NCBI GenBank assembly: GCA_009103225.1
Contig: RHPI01000810.1
Location: forward strand, 847,909-911,908
Length of the DNA stretch: 64,000 nt
Source of the DNA: Chlorokybus atmophyticus
Lineage: Eukaryota; Plantae; Mesostigma and Chlorokybus algae
Direction: 5' to 3'
Shown one piece after another: positions 1-12,917 of the stretch; position 1 is the first letter of the stretch, and the number at the start of each line of letters is the position of its first letter. The translations under genes were made by a program, and so were the position numbers. A model generated the notes under the pieces. That model was not told the origin of the DNA and ran no database searches. It saw only the letters and a list, made by a program, of their open reading frames with translations.

Positions 1-2883
1 GACGGTGCTTATTGTTTTACTTGTCACTGTTGTTTACCCATAAAGTGTCTGTTTCTGATGTACAGGGATTCAACCTTGATTACAGCGAGTTGAGAGAATA
101 CACCTACACCTTTTTCAGCAACATGGCCCAACTTCTCGAAAGTGACTTTGCACAGGTAAATCAGTTACGCTGAGCAATTGTTGTGTACACAAACAGAGAC
201 CGGAACATGTTGGCTGACATTTCTTCTGCGCTGCAGTATCTCCCAGTGGTGATTCCACACGTGTTGAACTCCTGCAACCTTGACGATGGAGCAATGTTCC
301 AGTTCGGTTCTGATGATGATGACGATGAAGATGAAGACGACGATGAAGACGATAAGCATGGACGGTGAGAAGCTCAGCTTTGCAAACCTGCCACGTTTGC
401 ATGTCATTCTGCGTTTTGAGTGCCAAGGGTTACATGCAACATGCAGGAACTTGAGCATTCGTACGGGTGTTCTGGATGAGAAGTCTGCTGCCACACATGC
501 TTTGGGCTCATTTGCTGAGCATGTCGGGGCTGCAATGGTACCGTTCTTTCCACAAGTGCTGCCAGTCATCCAAAAGCATGCCACATACTTTCATGAAGAC
601 GTGCGTCAGCAAGCTATGACGGCCATGCAGCGTAAGCACCAACGACAAATGCATCACGTGGCTGCCAGCATTGCTGCGATGCGGCATGGTTTGCAATCCC
701 GTGTGTATGCAAATTTTGCGGTGCTCACGTGGGATCTATCCCCATGCCAAAGTACCTTGGTTACAAGGCCCTACCACGAGCTTCGGGCCAGTCTCTTTGC
801 ATGGCTGGTTCGATGATGTTGGAAGGCACATCTCAGTATATGAACAACAATGACAAACAGTGAACAATTTGTAGCAACCCTGCATTCCCCCACTGATTAT
901 GGTGGCTCGTGCAGATATAGTTGCTGCAACATTACAGGCGTTTCCCAATCAGCCCGATGCAAGTGGCTCCTCCCAGGTGCCAACAGTGCTGTATTTCCTG
1001 CTCAGTGTGCTTTGCCGGCTTTCTGATGTTGGTTCTCTTTGTCTCTTTGTTTGCAGTTTGCATCTGAGGTGCAGCATGTGATAGGTACGCGCCACTCAAG
1101 GCAAGCTGGCATGTCACCAGACAGCCTGCTTGACACTCTTCCCCTCAGATAGTGACTGTCAAGTTGATTCTGTGGCTTGTGTGTTGTCTTTGCGGTCCAA
1201 CATGCTTGTTAGCAAACAGAAGCCGCGTGCATTGCAGATATGGCGTATGAGACGTATCTTCGTGCAATCCATGACGATGATGACAAAGAAGTTGTAGCTG
1301 AGGCATGTGCATCATTATCAGAGGTCATGAAGTCTGCGGGCATGGCAGCTCTCCAGCCGCGGCTCCAACGCGTGTCGGATGCAGCACTCCTGCTTTTGCA
1401 AGAAAAAGCCAACTGCCAAGAAGTGGTGCGGTTTCAAGCAGCAGCCTTTTCTCTTTTGGCTTTGCCGCAAGCAATGTTTGGATTAATCCATAGCTCACTG
1501 CAGGACGAGGATGGAGATAGTGACGCTGAGGAGGATGAGGCTCAACATGATGACGTGTTAATGGACGCTGCAAGCGACTTGCTGCCTAGCATGGCTTATG
1601 TGCTAAAAGAGCATTACGCCCCATTCTGGCAGCAGCACTTCGATCCGCTTATGAAGTTTGCGGTATGCGTACCTGTTGCTGCAGGCAATGCATGCGCATG
1701 CACTGGAGCATTGCGTACATGAGGCCATGGGGCCCTGGTCTGCGTCGCTGCTCTGCATCTTCTCAACAGTATGCTTATGTTATGGCAGCGCCCGTCACGG
1801 CCTCCCAGCGACCGGACTATGGCGATTGCAACGGTTGCAGAGGTTGCCAAGGAAATGGGGGCTCCCATCGCTCCATATGTCGAGGTACACAACACGCTTT
1901 TGTGGTCATTATCATTGCACATCCCTGTGATGATATGCAGTGGTCTTCCACCTCTGATCTTACCGTGAGGAAAAACCATTATGTCTGGACTTCTGAGGGA
2001 TATTGTATGCTGTAACTGAATATTATTGGGTGATGGCATGGACGTGACATTAACGGTGTATCTGTGCAGACGGTACTACCCATAGCTGTCAAGGAGTGCG
2101 CAAGCGCTGAGAGCACCAATAGGCGCAATGCTGCATTCTGCATTGGCAAGCTTTGCGAACATGGCACGGACCAGGCTCTGCCATACATGTCTCAAGTTCT
2201 GCAAGCCTTGCATCCGTTGTTTGGACCTGAGGAAGAGGCTGGTAATGGGAGGGNNNNNNNNNNNNNNNNNNNNNNNNNNNNNNNNNNNNNNNNNNNNNNN
2301 NNNNNNNNNNNNNNNNNNNNNNNNNNNNNNNNNNNGGGGGGAGGGGTATTTGCAAGTTGCAGTTGATTGAGTTGCATGTAACTGTTGTATGTCGTGACAG
2401 GTGTGCGAGACAATGCTGCCAGCGCTGTTGCGCGCATCATTATGGCCCGCAGAGAGGCACTGCCTTTGGCGCAGATCTTACCTGTGCTCATGAATGCCTT
2501 GCCTCTACAAGGCGACTTGGAAGAGTCAACTGCAGTTTATGGCTGCTTGTGCTCATTGATCTACGCGCAAACTCCCGAGTTTGCTCCGCTCATACCCCAG
2601 GCTGTCAGCGTGTTTAGCCAAGTAGTCGGCCAGGTACGGCGGCATGAAACTCGCAGACATTGCATGAGGTGCATGTTGCATAAACGTGAAGGCTGCTCGG
2701 ACTTGCTGCTTCGGATTCTTCAGTGCTGGGCATCTGCAGGACGACATCCAAGATGAGGTCAAGAAGGGCATAGCAGAGACCATGAGGTTCTTGCAACAGC
2801 AATTCCCATCAGAAACAGCAGCCATACTGCAAGGCCTACCCGCTGAGTACGCCAGCCAGTTGAATGCGCTTATGACCCTCTGA
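1..2883 (+). CDS. IPO4: Importin-4 (karyopherin beta, HEAT repeats), 3' multi-exon part; 5' end lies outside the window
   Basis: GT-AG exons join to RNLSIRTGVLDEKSAATHALG..YFHEDVR, RRNAAFCIGKLCEHG, VRDNAASAVARII and NALPLQGDLEE, which match plant importin-4. Stop TGA at 2881-2883. Confidence 0.9.
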
Positions 2884-4809
2884 TGTGCAAAGGAAACAGA
2901 GGCAGGTAGTCTTGTGCATGGGTTGCCCAACAAGCAAAGTTGAGAGTGTGCATGTTGACTTTCCGGTTGGCTTGACTTGTAATGTTCTTCACAGGGCCTG
3001 CCGGTAACACCGGGAATGGGGGCACCTTCTTTACTCCATGATTGTCTCGATGCAGCACACTGGTATGCAATGCTGTCTTTGCTTAGCTCCGTGCGCGATG
3101 CAGGCCAAGTGCTTTGTATTACATGCTTCATTGATGTGCAACCATGCATGCAGGGTGATATGTGCTTGGACATTGTCGAGCCACAGTGCACGCACGCAGT
3201 GAACCCCCAATTCTTTTGCGCTGTGCGATCACCTTGGTGCTGGAGCACTGGCGGACAGTGACCGATGTTGTTAGTTGGCATGTCAACATGTGGGCCTGTC
3301 CTTCACCTCCCACACAAGCCCTACACCTTGAGCATACCTCATGCTCAAGGTGTAGGGCTTGTGTGGGATAGTTGATTGTGGTGTGGAGCTGGGCAGTGGG
3401 ATGTGAGGCAGCTTGTGAGTTTGCACGTCCGCATGTACGCATACATAGGTATTTTGTTGGCTATTGCCAGCAGTCTCAGTCATGCCGACCACCATTGCAT
3501 CATCCAGTCTGATGCTGGTATGTTGCGACTTGAGAAGGCAATGGTGCTGTGATCTTGCTGCTGCTATATCTGTACAGTAGTGTCTTAAAGCCGAGTCATT
3601 CATTGAGAGTATAAGTTTGGAAAGTCGACGTGTCGAAACTGTAGAATTCCGTCATGCTCAGGCTATGCTTACGTCCAAAGTTGTGAAGTCCATAAGTGCC
3701 TACTACTTACTGGCATGTGACAGTGGCTGGTGCGCAGCGCCCCTTTGGGATGGGATTAGGGGCCTAGTTTGATGGTGACCTTATGACGCAATGCATGTTG
3801 TCATCATGTGGCTCTTGGGTTGCGCAAGGGTTGACGTATGTGCAGCAAGCCAAGAGGCGTAAGTCTTTTGCCTATTGGTTGTAGATTTGCCTCTTACTTG
3901 TGTGTAGAGTGGCAGTTTCTCTATGCTGGCCGTCATTAACAACAACTTCTTAGTGTCATTGGCTATAGGTTTCATTGGTGTAGTGAATGAGCCCCAAATA
4001 GAGTTGCCTTCACATTGCGCGCGACGCGCTACTCAACAATGTGTTTGAGAGATCAAAATTTATTTACCTATTATTTTGTGGCTGCTTGTACGGGTGAGGT
4101 GCTGCTTTCCTTGCTGCTCCCACTCCTCAGCACATTAAATGATTCAAATGTCGAGGGTCCCAACGCATTGCGACTACTCTTGTGAACGCAACGATTACAC
4201 CCCTTATCAACACCATTTTGAACCCTCATTGACCCTGCCCGATCGGTGATATGTTTGATGATCTCCCATGCTGCTTGTGTAGCGTATATGCAATGCTATG
4301 CATGTGACCCCATTGCATTGTGCACATGCATGACACATGCAAACACAATCGCACTCGCACACGCCAGCAAACAACAACTTGTTACACCACCGGGCTACCT
4401 ATACATACTAGGAAGCTACCTTCGCTAAGCCCTTGCCCCGTTAGTCAACATGCATGCGTAGTTACCTGTACACCATGGCAATGTGTTCGCATAGCTCATG
4501 AACGAACGCAAGGATATGCGATGACACCCACGCGATGCTTTGCGTGCTGTTGCATTTTTCAAACCCCCATTCTCCTCTGTTTCCTGACGCTTGTAACTTG
4601 GTTGCCCTCAACCGGCACTGTACCTTTCGCATTGCACCTTCATGTAGCGGGCTATGGCTGCAAAGTTAACATGCCGACGATCCATGTGTTTTCACCGCTG
4701 TCCATGCTTGGGTATGTGAATAAAACCACATTAGATGCCCTATTAAGTATGTCAATTTTTCATACGCAATCCCATCAATTCATAAATGTTTATTAAATTA
4801 AGGTTCAAG

Positions 4810-4810
<1 letters not shown>

Positions 4811-4856
<46 letters not shown>

Positions 4857-5208
4857 NNNNNNNNNNNNNNNNNNNNNNNNNNNNNNNNNNNNNNNNNNNN
4901 NNNNNNNNNNNNNNNNNNNNNNNNNNNNNNNNNNNNNNNNNNNNNNNNNNNNNNNNNNNNNNNNNNNNNNNNNNNNNNNNNNNNNNNNNNNNNNNNNNNN
5001 NNNNNNNNNNNNNNNNNNNNNNNNNNNNNNNNNNNNNNNNNNNNNNNNNNNNNNNNNNNNNNNNNNNNNNNNNNNNNNNNNNNNNNNNNNNNNNNNNNNN
5101 NNNNNNNNNNNNNNNNNNNNNNNNNNNNNNNNNNNNNNNNNNNNNNNNNNNNNNNNNNNNNNNNNNNNNNNNNNNNNNNNNNNNNNNNNNNNNNNNNNNN
5201 NNNNNNNN

Positions 5209-5244
<36 letters not shown>

Positions 5245-5270
5245 CATATATATATATATATATGTGTATA
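4811..5270. repeat. (CT)n and (AT)n microsatellites flanking an assembly gap (4857-5208)
   Basis: Read directly from the sequence. Confidence 0.9.
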
Positions 5271-6110
5271 TTAACGCAACGTTAAGCGTTCAGGTGCATG
5301 CATTAAGCCACTTTAATAGTTATTCGATATGTTGAAGTTTTCGCAAAACACGGAGTCATCACATGTAGTCAGTGCGTGCAAATGTGCACATGCCAAATGT
5401 AATGCCGGTTAATGTGGAATAGGCTAAGAAGGGCTTGTGAAGCGGTAAAAAGCAGTACACAACCTCTCAAGATAGCGACTTTTGCTATCATGGCCTAGTC
5501 GGCCAAGCCCCGCGTTACACCAAATGTGGTTGCTACGTGAAGCCCTTTCCTACCATGCTTTATATATAAATAACATCTATATACACCAGCTTGCGACACG
5601 TGCATGGGAATGCACAATGATACTTGCATGCTGCGGTTGCGTTATGCATGACAGGTTGAGTCCATCAACTACGTTTAAACTTTTTAACTTGCAAACCTGC
5701 TGACGTCATAACATGGGCAAACATCTGAGTTGTCAACATAGTCATGAATTGTGCATTAATGCATCAAAAATGCATACCAAGCAACAAGTTGTGTCATAGA
5801 GAGGAGACTTCATGCGCCCAGCACGTGGCGGCCGGCGACTGGCGCGACAATTTTCGCGGCTGTGGATAGACTACCTAAATCCTTGGCAAAATTTGCAAGT
5901 TGTGCTCAGCTGGGGCGGACAGATCTCCCCCGTGACTGCAGGAGGACCAGGGGGAGGGAGACGAGGAGGAGAAGGCGGAGGACGTGGAGGAAGACGAGGA
6001 GCAAGTGCAGCGGCAATAGACAGGCGCGGGAGACTCTGTCGAAGGCAGAAAACAGGGTGCAGCAAGTTTTAGGCGAAACGTAGCCTTGCTTGCTGGCCAC
6101 AGCGGCACAT

Positions 6111-8672
6111 ATGGCAGCCGTAGCTGCTGCGGCGACGGCGCTGTCGTCGCCGTCGCTGCTAAGCTGCGTGCATGCTGGGAGCAGCACATGCCGTCCCTCG
6201 GCGTCGGTCGCATTGGGCCAACGCACTCCATGTAAGTTGTAGCTGTCATGACCCAAGGCACTGTCGCTTGACCAGCAGCCATGCCTGTGGCTCGCCAAAC
6301 CCACGCCTGCACTAGTAATTGACAACTGCTCACTAGAGGTAGTTTTGACAAGCATGCGTGCAGCAAGAGCTGAAAGTCAAGTAATTATGCCGCCGTAGCT
6401 TGCACAGTCCTTCGTACTGCCGTTCTACTAGTGCTGCTTGCAAACATACGCTCATTTCAACAACCCCACAGTCAGTCTCGCACAACCTTGCGTTCTCATG
6501 TACTTGCAGCTGCGTTGTAAGCAGCTTTGCAAGCGTGCTTACTCGACGCACAAACTGTTGTTGCATGGTGTGCAGTGCACAGGAGCGGTAGTGGTAGGCG
6601 GGTAACGGGGTTGCGGATTGCCAACAGCGCATGGAGCCACAGCAGAAGGAGGCTTACAGCAGGCGTGGCGTTCGCCTCTGCAGCGAGCGGCAGCAGCGCA
6701 TTGCCTCCCAGGCCGTCTGAAAACCTGAGCGCTGATGGATCCATGTAAGCAAGCATGTGACAAGTGTAACGCAAAATGACTCCAAGGTGTCCATGCGAGT
6801 GGAAACGTCAATGAGAATAAGCTTTCGGTCACACATATGCTGGCATTGTAACATAGCATGAAGCATTGTTGGAAGAAGAGCATTCAAGATGGCTGCCACA
6901 GGTTGTGCGATTATGCAAGTGTGGCCAATCTCTCATTGATCAAGAAATCTAATGCCCGACAGCTGCATGGAGACGTGCGTACCGTTTTTCACAGCATTGT
7001 TTGCAGCGGGGTGTGTGTGTGTTGTGTACTCACGTGCTGATTTTTGTCGGCAGTCTGCAGGAAGAAGGGAGTAAGGGTAGTGGCAGCGGGCTGCAGGGTT
7101 ACACGCTGGCAGGGGCGGGCGCGCTGCTGGCCGCAGCAGTGGCTGCTGCACTTGCAGCCGGCCCTGGCGGCCTGCCCGCATTGCTCGCTCAGTTTGGCAA
7201 GTCGGGGTTCGCTGCGGCTTTCTCTCTTATATTTGTCTCAGAGATTGGCGACAAGGCAAGTGCAGTTTTCATTGTGTGCGTGTGCTTACATACATGCAAA
7301 CAGGTAGAAACATTGCATGCCAGTTTTGGCCCTCGAGCAACTCAGCGAGTAGTTGCGGAGTCATGTTGACCATGCACGCTTGTTGGATAGTGCACATCAA
7401 GCTCGCCGTCACTCCCAGCCTTGCATGTCACACTGTACATGAGAACTGCCATTTTGTTTATGCATTTAGATGTAGGATTGTCGTTCATGGGGAGGTGAAG
7501 TTTAGTCCAGATACCAGCATCGCACCGCTAGTGGTGGGTTGAGTTACACTAGCATGGTTTGCTGCAGCCCCCTTTCATTTGTTTTGACGATGGCTGACGG
7601 TCTGGTTTGGCACTGTAGACTTTCTTCATAGCAGCGCTTCTAGCCATGCGGCATGCGAGGTGGCAAGTGTTGACGGGCGCCAGCGCTGCGCTGGCCATCA
7701 TGACTGTCATCAGTGTTGCCATTGGCCGCCTGTTCAAGCGTGTCCCCCAAAGCATACAAATGAGTAAGAACGTCTGCAGGGTGGGTTGCTTGAAGCAGAT
7801 GTGTACATCTCAGTGACAAAACATTTTGTTCACAGGTCTACCCTTGGGAGAGTACTTAGCAGTTGCCTTGCTAGTGTACTTTGGGCTGAAATCGCTGCGA
7901 GACGCATGGAAAATGCGCCAAGCCAAGTTGATAGCCAATTCCGATAAGGATGAAGAATCGGACGAGCTCGCCGGTGCTGAGCAACTAGTTTCTGAGGCTG
8001 AAGTAAGCGAGTGTGCGCATCAATGTGCTTGTGTGTAAACATTTGCAGTGTGCGTTGGGGTGATTGAGGTCGTGTTTTGCAGAGCAAGCTGACGTCAACG
8101 TCACCTTGGGCCGTCATTTCAGAAACTTTTGGCCTGATCTTTCTTGCGGTGAGTGTGACACGTTCAGCTCTTTCATCTAAGCTTGTGTTTGCGGCATAAA
8201 AGCGTGACAAACCAACTTGCCAAACGCAGGAATGGGGAGATAGGTCCATGCTTGCGACCATTGCACTGGGTGCATCGCAAGTGAGTGCTGTACACTTGCA
8301 CAGCTGATTATGCAGAACTGGGTGATCTTGTAGACCTGCGCAAGGTACTTGTGTTTGAGCGCTGAGCATGTGCTGTGTCTGTGCATAGTCACCGGTGGGT
8401 GTCGCGACTGGCGCCACCACAGGGCATGTCTTGGCAACATTGCTAGCCGTCATTGGCGGGTCTCTACTGTCCGACAAGATATCGGAACAAACGGTACGTG
8501 CAGTATAAGCATGACATTGCAGCGTGTTGTGTGAATCACCTTGCAAAGACGAGTTAATGTCGCCTGTGCAATCTGGTTGACAATGCCATTGGGGGTTATG
8601 TGGCAGGTGGCGCTAACAGGAGGCATCCTGTTTCTGGTATTTGCAGCAGCGACACTATTTGGTGTATTTTAA
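6111..8672 (+). CDS. Chloroplast GDT1/UPF0016-family Mn2+/Ca2+ transporter (PAM71-HL/CMT1-like), about 9 exons
   Basis: Ala/Ser-rich transit-peptide-like N-terminus from ATG 6111. Two family motifs, SEIGDKTFF and EWGDRSMLATIALG. C-terminus GGILFLVFAAATLFGVF* (TAA 8670-8672) resembles Arabidopsis PAM71-HL. Confidence 0.9.
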
Positions 8673-9378
8673 ATGCAGACGTTACCCATTATTGACAGCT
8701 TGCACGTAGTGTTAATAGTACATGTATCTGTTGTATGCTATGTACGTAAATGACTAAGCATACTGCAACTTGTCCAGCTTCTGTATATTGCACACAACAT
8801 TCAGGTCTGCATGTTTGGCTGTCATCATATTGTTGCCATGTCATGATCCAGGGTCAATGGCACCGCTAGTGATATCATATCCAGCATTGGCGAGTATAAA
8901 GCTGACACGGGTTGTGCTGTGTTGCACTGGGTTAAGTCTTGCAAGGTGAGCATGTAATGCTCCACGTGAGGCAAGCAAAAATGCTGATGTGTGCCGCCAC
9001 ATGCATTGAAGCTGTGCAATGCATTGCATTGCAACTTGCCGAAAGCTACCGCGCACAAAATAGACATTGGCACCTCCCTGACAAACTATGCCAGAAGTAA
9101 TTCTCTAGTGCCAGCAATTGCAAACAAACTCTCCCACGGATGTAGGGAGTGTGCAGCAGCATGCAGCATGGCTCAAGACTAGCCTTGCAAGCAAAACTGG
9201 TTGCGTCCTAGCCCCCAAGACAAACTAACCAGAGGTATCCACGGCTGGCGACCAGCGCTAAGTGTGCTGTGTGCTTATTTACCAACACAGCAATACATAC
9301 ACTCCGCACAGCAGCCTGTGGTTGCTGTAGGTTATAGCTACTCTGTACATAGACTAACGTGCCTACCAACTGACAGTT

Positions 9379-11669
9379 TCATTGCACCCATTGCTGGTTC
9401 TGGCTGATAGGCACCCTGGCCACTTTTCGGATGCGGATGGAAAGGACGCCAAGGTTGACGCAAGAATCATAAGGCTCTTGTGTTGATGGGGCAGTGGGCA
9501 GGTTCACCTTCCACTCGTACTCACCGGGGCCGCTTCGGCTACAGAACACATTCTTGATGGCGGACGTGGGCAGGAGCGAGTCTCGGGGCTTGATGGCTGT
9601 GATGATCAGCTCACCCGTGGTGAACAGCTGAATCTTGACATCATCGTTCTGGAGTCCAGGGCAGTCAACACATAAGTAGAAGTAGTCCTCATCTTCCCAC
9701 AAGTCCATCGCGCCAAAGCCAATGTTGCGCACAGCAATGTCTAACTCTGACTCCCTGCGCTCCAGCCTCTCTCTATCTTTCTTCGCTTTGCCCAGCTTTA
9801 GCGATCGCCCCTCAGGTGAGCCGTATGCAGAGGTGTTGTACATGTTGTTCTTCTTGGACTTTTTAGGTCGCGGCACCGGGCTCAACTGCTCCGGGGGAAC
9901 CATCCCATCAACACCGACCTGCGCAGCCTGAGCTGCCTGTGCGGCAAGGTGGACACGCTTGTGCTGTCCACCGCCACCATGTGAGTGCTCCACGCGCTCG
10001 CCACCGGCATACATGCGAGAGGCAGCTGGCAACAGCAGCTGGGATCGCCCGGTGAGCAACTTGAACTTGTCAAGCTCGTCGGGTGGTATGTCGTGTAAGT
10101 TGGGGCCGTACGTGCAGTCCTCTAGCCCAACCAGCATCATGCCAGAAAAGCCGTCCAGACGCTGTCCACATGGGCTGTATGCTACCTGCCTGGTGGGATG
10201 TAGCTCTGTGCTAAATGGTGGCGGGAATCTGCGTGACAATGCAGACTTCCCGCTGAAGTAGCGCCCAAGCACCATCTCGTTCCCCACCGACAATTCCTCC
10301 TTGCGCAACGATATGATGTAGTAGTAGACATTGTAGACTTCACGCTTTGTAACGCGCTGCCGCAAGTCGATGTCTGATAAGGACAGGTTTGAGCGAAACT
10401 TGCCATTTTTGCCCTTCTTAGGTGGAGGCGCAGAATCCTGGCAACACATCGTTGATGTTCATTGCTGTCCAGTACTTTGAGACAGTTTTCATGACGAATA
10501 TGCACATGAGCCCAAGACATGTACCTTGAGAGCCGGTCTCAAATAAAGCAAGCAGAAGGTGCGAAGGACAAAATAACGCTCTTCCTCAGGGAGTGGAACA
10601 ATGCCAGAGACTGGGCCAGGTGCTGGAAGCTCACCACCAATGCCCGCGTTCAACAGGGGCTGCTCCCCCACAAGCTGCTGCCCGTCCGCGACAGCATACA
10701 AACCGTCAACCTGGCTTGGTGCCGCCTCCTCGTGATGATGAACTTCGACCGGCCCTGCTGCAGCGTAGCCTGCATATGTCCAGAGTAAGGTGGTTGCAGC
10801 AACAAACTGTGGATGCTCTGGGTGTCGATGATAACAGTCATGCCTCCACCCGCCCACAACATAAAGCTTTCTACCGCATGCAACAGTTCTGTATGGCTAC
10901 TCGAGCTTCTAGCTACTTGGTAAGAATGTTTCGGGCGCTACTAACTTATGTGTTCTGTTTCCCTGCAGCCTGCAGCTTTGTTGACGAAAGCAGCAAACAA
11001 ATTTAAAGTTTTCGGCAATGTAGGAACTTGAAGAACGGCAACCCACTATGTCACATTGTGTGCATGCCAAGCTAAAAAGCAGCCTAGGTCAAAGCTGCAA
11101 TTCCCTGTTGCCAACCTTGCTTCTGAAATCCAGGGAAGGTACTGACTGCACTGCAGAGATTGTTTGCTCATCAAACAACTGCAGTGCTGCAAATGCTTGA
11201 TATGCTCCAGCCAGGTCCCAAATCCTAAAGCTGACCCTGATTGTATCTACTCATCAGCCGGTCAGCATGAAAACGATGAGGAAATAATTTGACAAAGGAC
11301 ACTGAGCCAGCATTGAGCATGCTTCAAACAAAGGGCAGCATACACCGAAACTGTGTGCATGCATCGAGCAACCCTAACGCTCGAGATCAGGCAGGCGACA
11401 ACTCAGCAAGTATGAATTTCATATACATGAGAAACGAATATCTGAGAAGCGGATGAGAACATATGCGTAAGGTATAGGCTAAACCACGGATAACAACCAC
11501 GCAGAGCTTTGCTGCAATAGACATCGTGTGCGACTGTGAATTCAGCAGCGGCGAGGTTGGCAGGTGCACCTGTGAAGTGGGCGAAGGCGTGTCCGTGGGC
11601 TGAGGGGTCAACGACAACGACGGCGTTAGGGTCGACGACGCCAGGGTTGTGCGTGTGGCCCACCTCCAT
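9379..11669 (-). CDS. Alpha-crystallin (Hsp20) domain protein with IDM2/IDM3(IDL1)-like N-terminal domain
   Basis: Large last exon 9379-~10440 ends in an ACD (MDLWEDEDYFYLCVDCPGL..GELII..GEYEWKVNLP..GVLSIRIRK). Upstream motifs include RYFVLRTFCLLYLRP (exon ~10519-10769), VYNVYYYII, FPPPFSTELHP and IPPDELDKFKLLTG. The start at 11669 is tentative. Confidence 0.7.
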
Positions 11670-12917
11670 TCACTACTGCTTGTCGCTAGCCTGCTGTTGC
11701 TTAATGCTGCTGCCCGCCCAGCCAAGCAGGCGATCCTGCAGGCCGGACAAAACCGCCTGCAGCGGCGGCAAAACTCCCTCAACACAGAAAACCCTAGCCT
11801 GGCTCTGACTGTGTGTCCGCCGCTTTTGCAGGCGCTTTGCCTCAGTTATTGTGTTTGCCAACCCTCGCGGTTTGTCTGTTGTGCGAAGTTTCTGCTGCCA
11901 CCTTTTGACCTCGTTGTAAGCATTGCCTCGATAGAAATGAACGACAATTTGCATTTGTTTGTGCGTCAACCTTGACTACTGCCCACTTCCAATCACAGCC
12001 TTTGATCAATTACCGGTAGCCATGAACAGGTACGCTGACACCATTGCGGCGCAAGCTACAGAAGATACAAAGTTATGCAACTTACATTCATGAAAACTTG
12101 CAACCAGCGATAACGTCATTTTCACATTGACAATATATGTATAGTATAAGTAGATATAAAGTATAATTTGAAGCGCAGTTACAAAGCATGCATCAAAAAT
12201 TACCAAAGGCTGATAACGTTTAGTGGAAAGTCACATTTACTCAAATGTTCATGAGGTTCGCTGAAAAGCAAACACGGTATCCGCTTGTCAATGTCTGCTC
12301 GGCGATAAAAGCCGTCTCATCTGTACTTATGTTATACTGCATCATTATGTCACGCAAGGTGTGCTGAGAGAAATGCACACTTCATATATGATGTCGTGCA
12401 ATGCTCGACCTCGGGGTATGTCTCGTAATGGGAGTACGTACAGTGAAGTGCACAGTGTGAAGAGTGGGTAGTGCTGCAGGGCAGCATGCGAGGTAGGAAG
12501 TAAAGAGCTTTACAAGCTGCGGTACTTGCAGCGATGAGGGGGTAGGTGCAAGAGACAACGGGAAGGGAAAAACCAATTGGGCGGTCTCCTAAATTTTTAT
12601 ACGAGCTAGCAGACACTCAACAAGCTCTCCAATTAAGAATCATGTGGACAAGCACACAGTGGTCATACAAAGCGTTCGTACGTGGTTAATATTTGGCTAA
12701 ATAATGCGAGTTCATGTTCTGCAAGCACCTGGCAACCGGATGCTAATGATGCCAAACAACTGCCAAGGCGGCGATGCAAGGCATGCAAAGTACTGTGTTG
12801 TGCAGGAGGTGGTGCAGTACGCAGGCAACGGAGCGGTGGCTACGCCACAAAGTCAACAGTAATGCGCAAGAAAAGGCAAGACACCCTAGAGTTGGGAAAA
12901 GGCAAAGAAGATGGGTA

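Noticed and set aside
2254-2335. N gaps flanked by G/C runs (also 44486-44707, 54894-55108, 59826-60056)
   Set aside because: These are assembly gaps, probably short-read dropout at homopolymer or microsatellite tracts in introns. The content is unknown, and the X-filled ORFs are artefacts.
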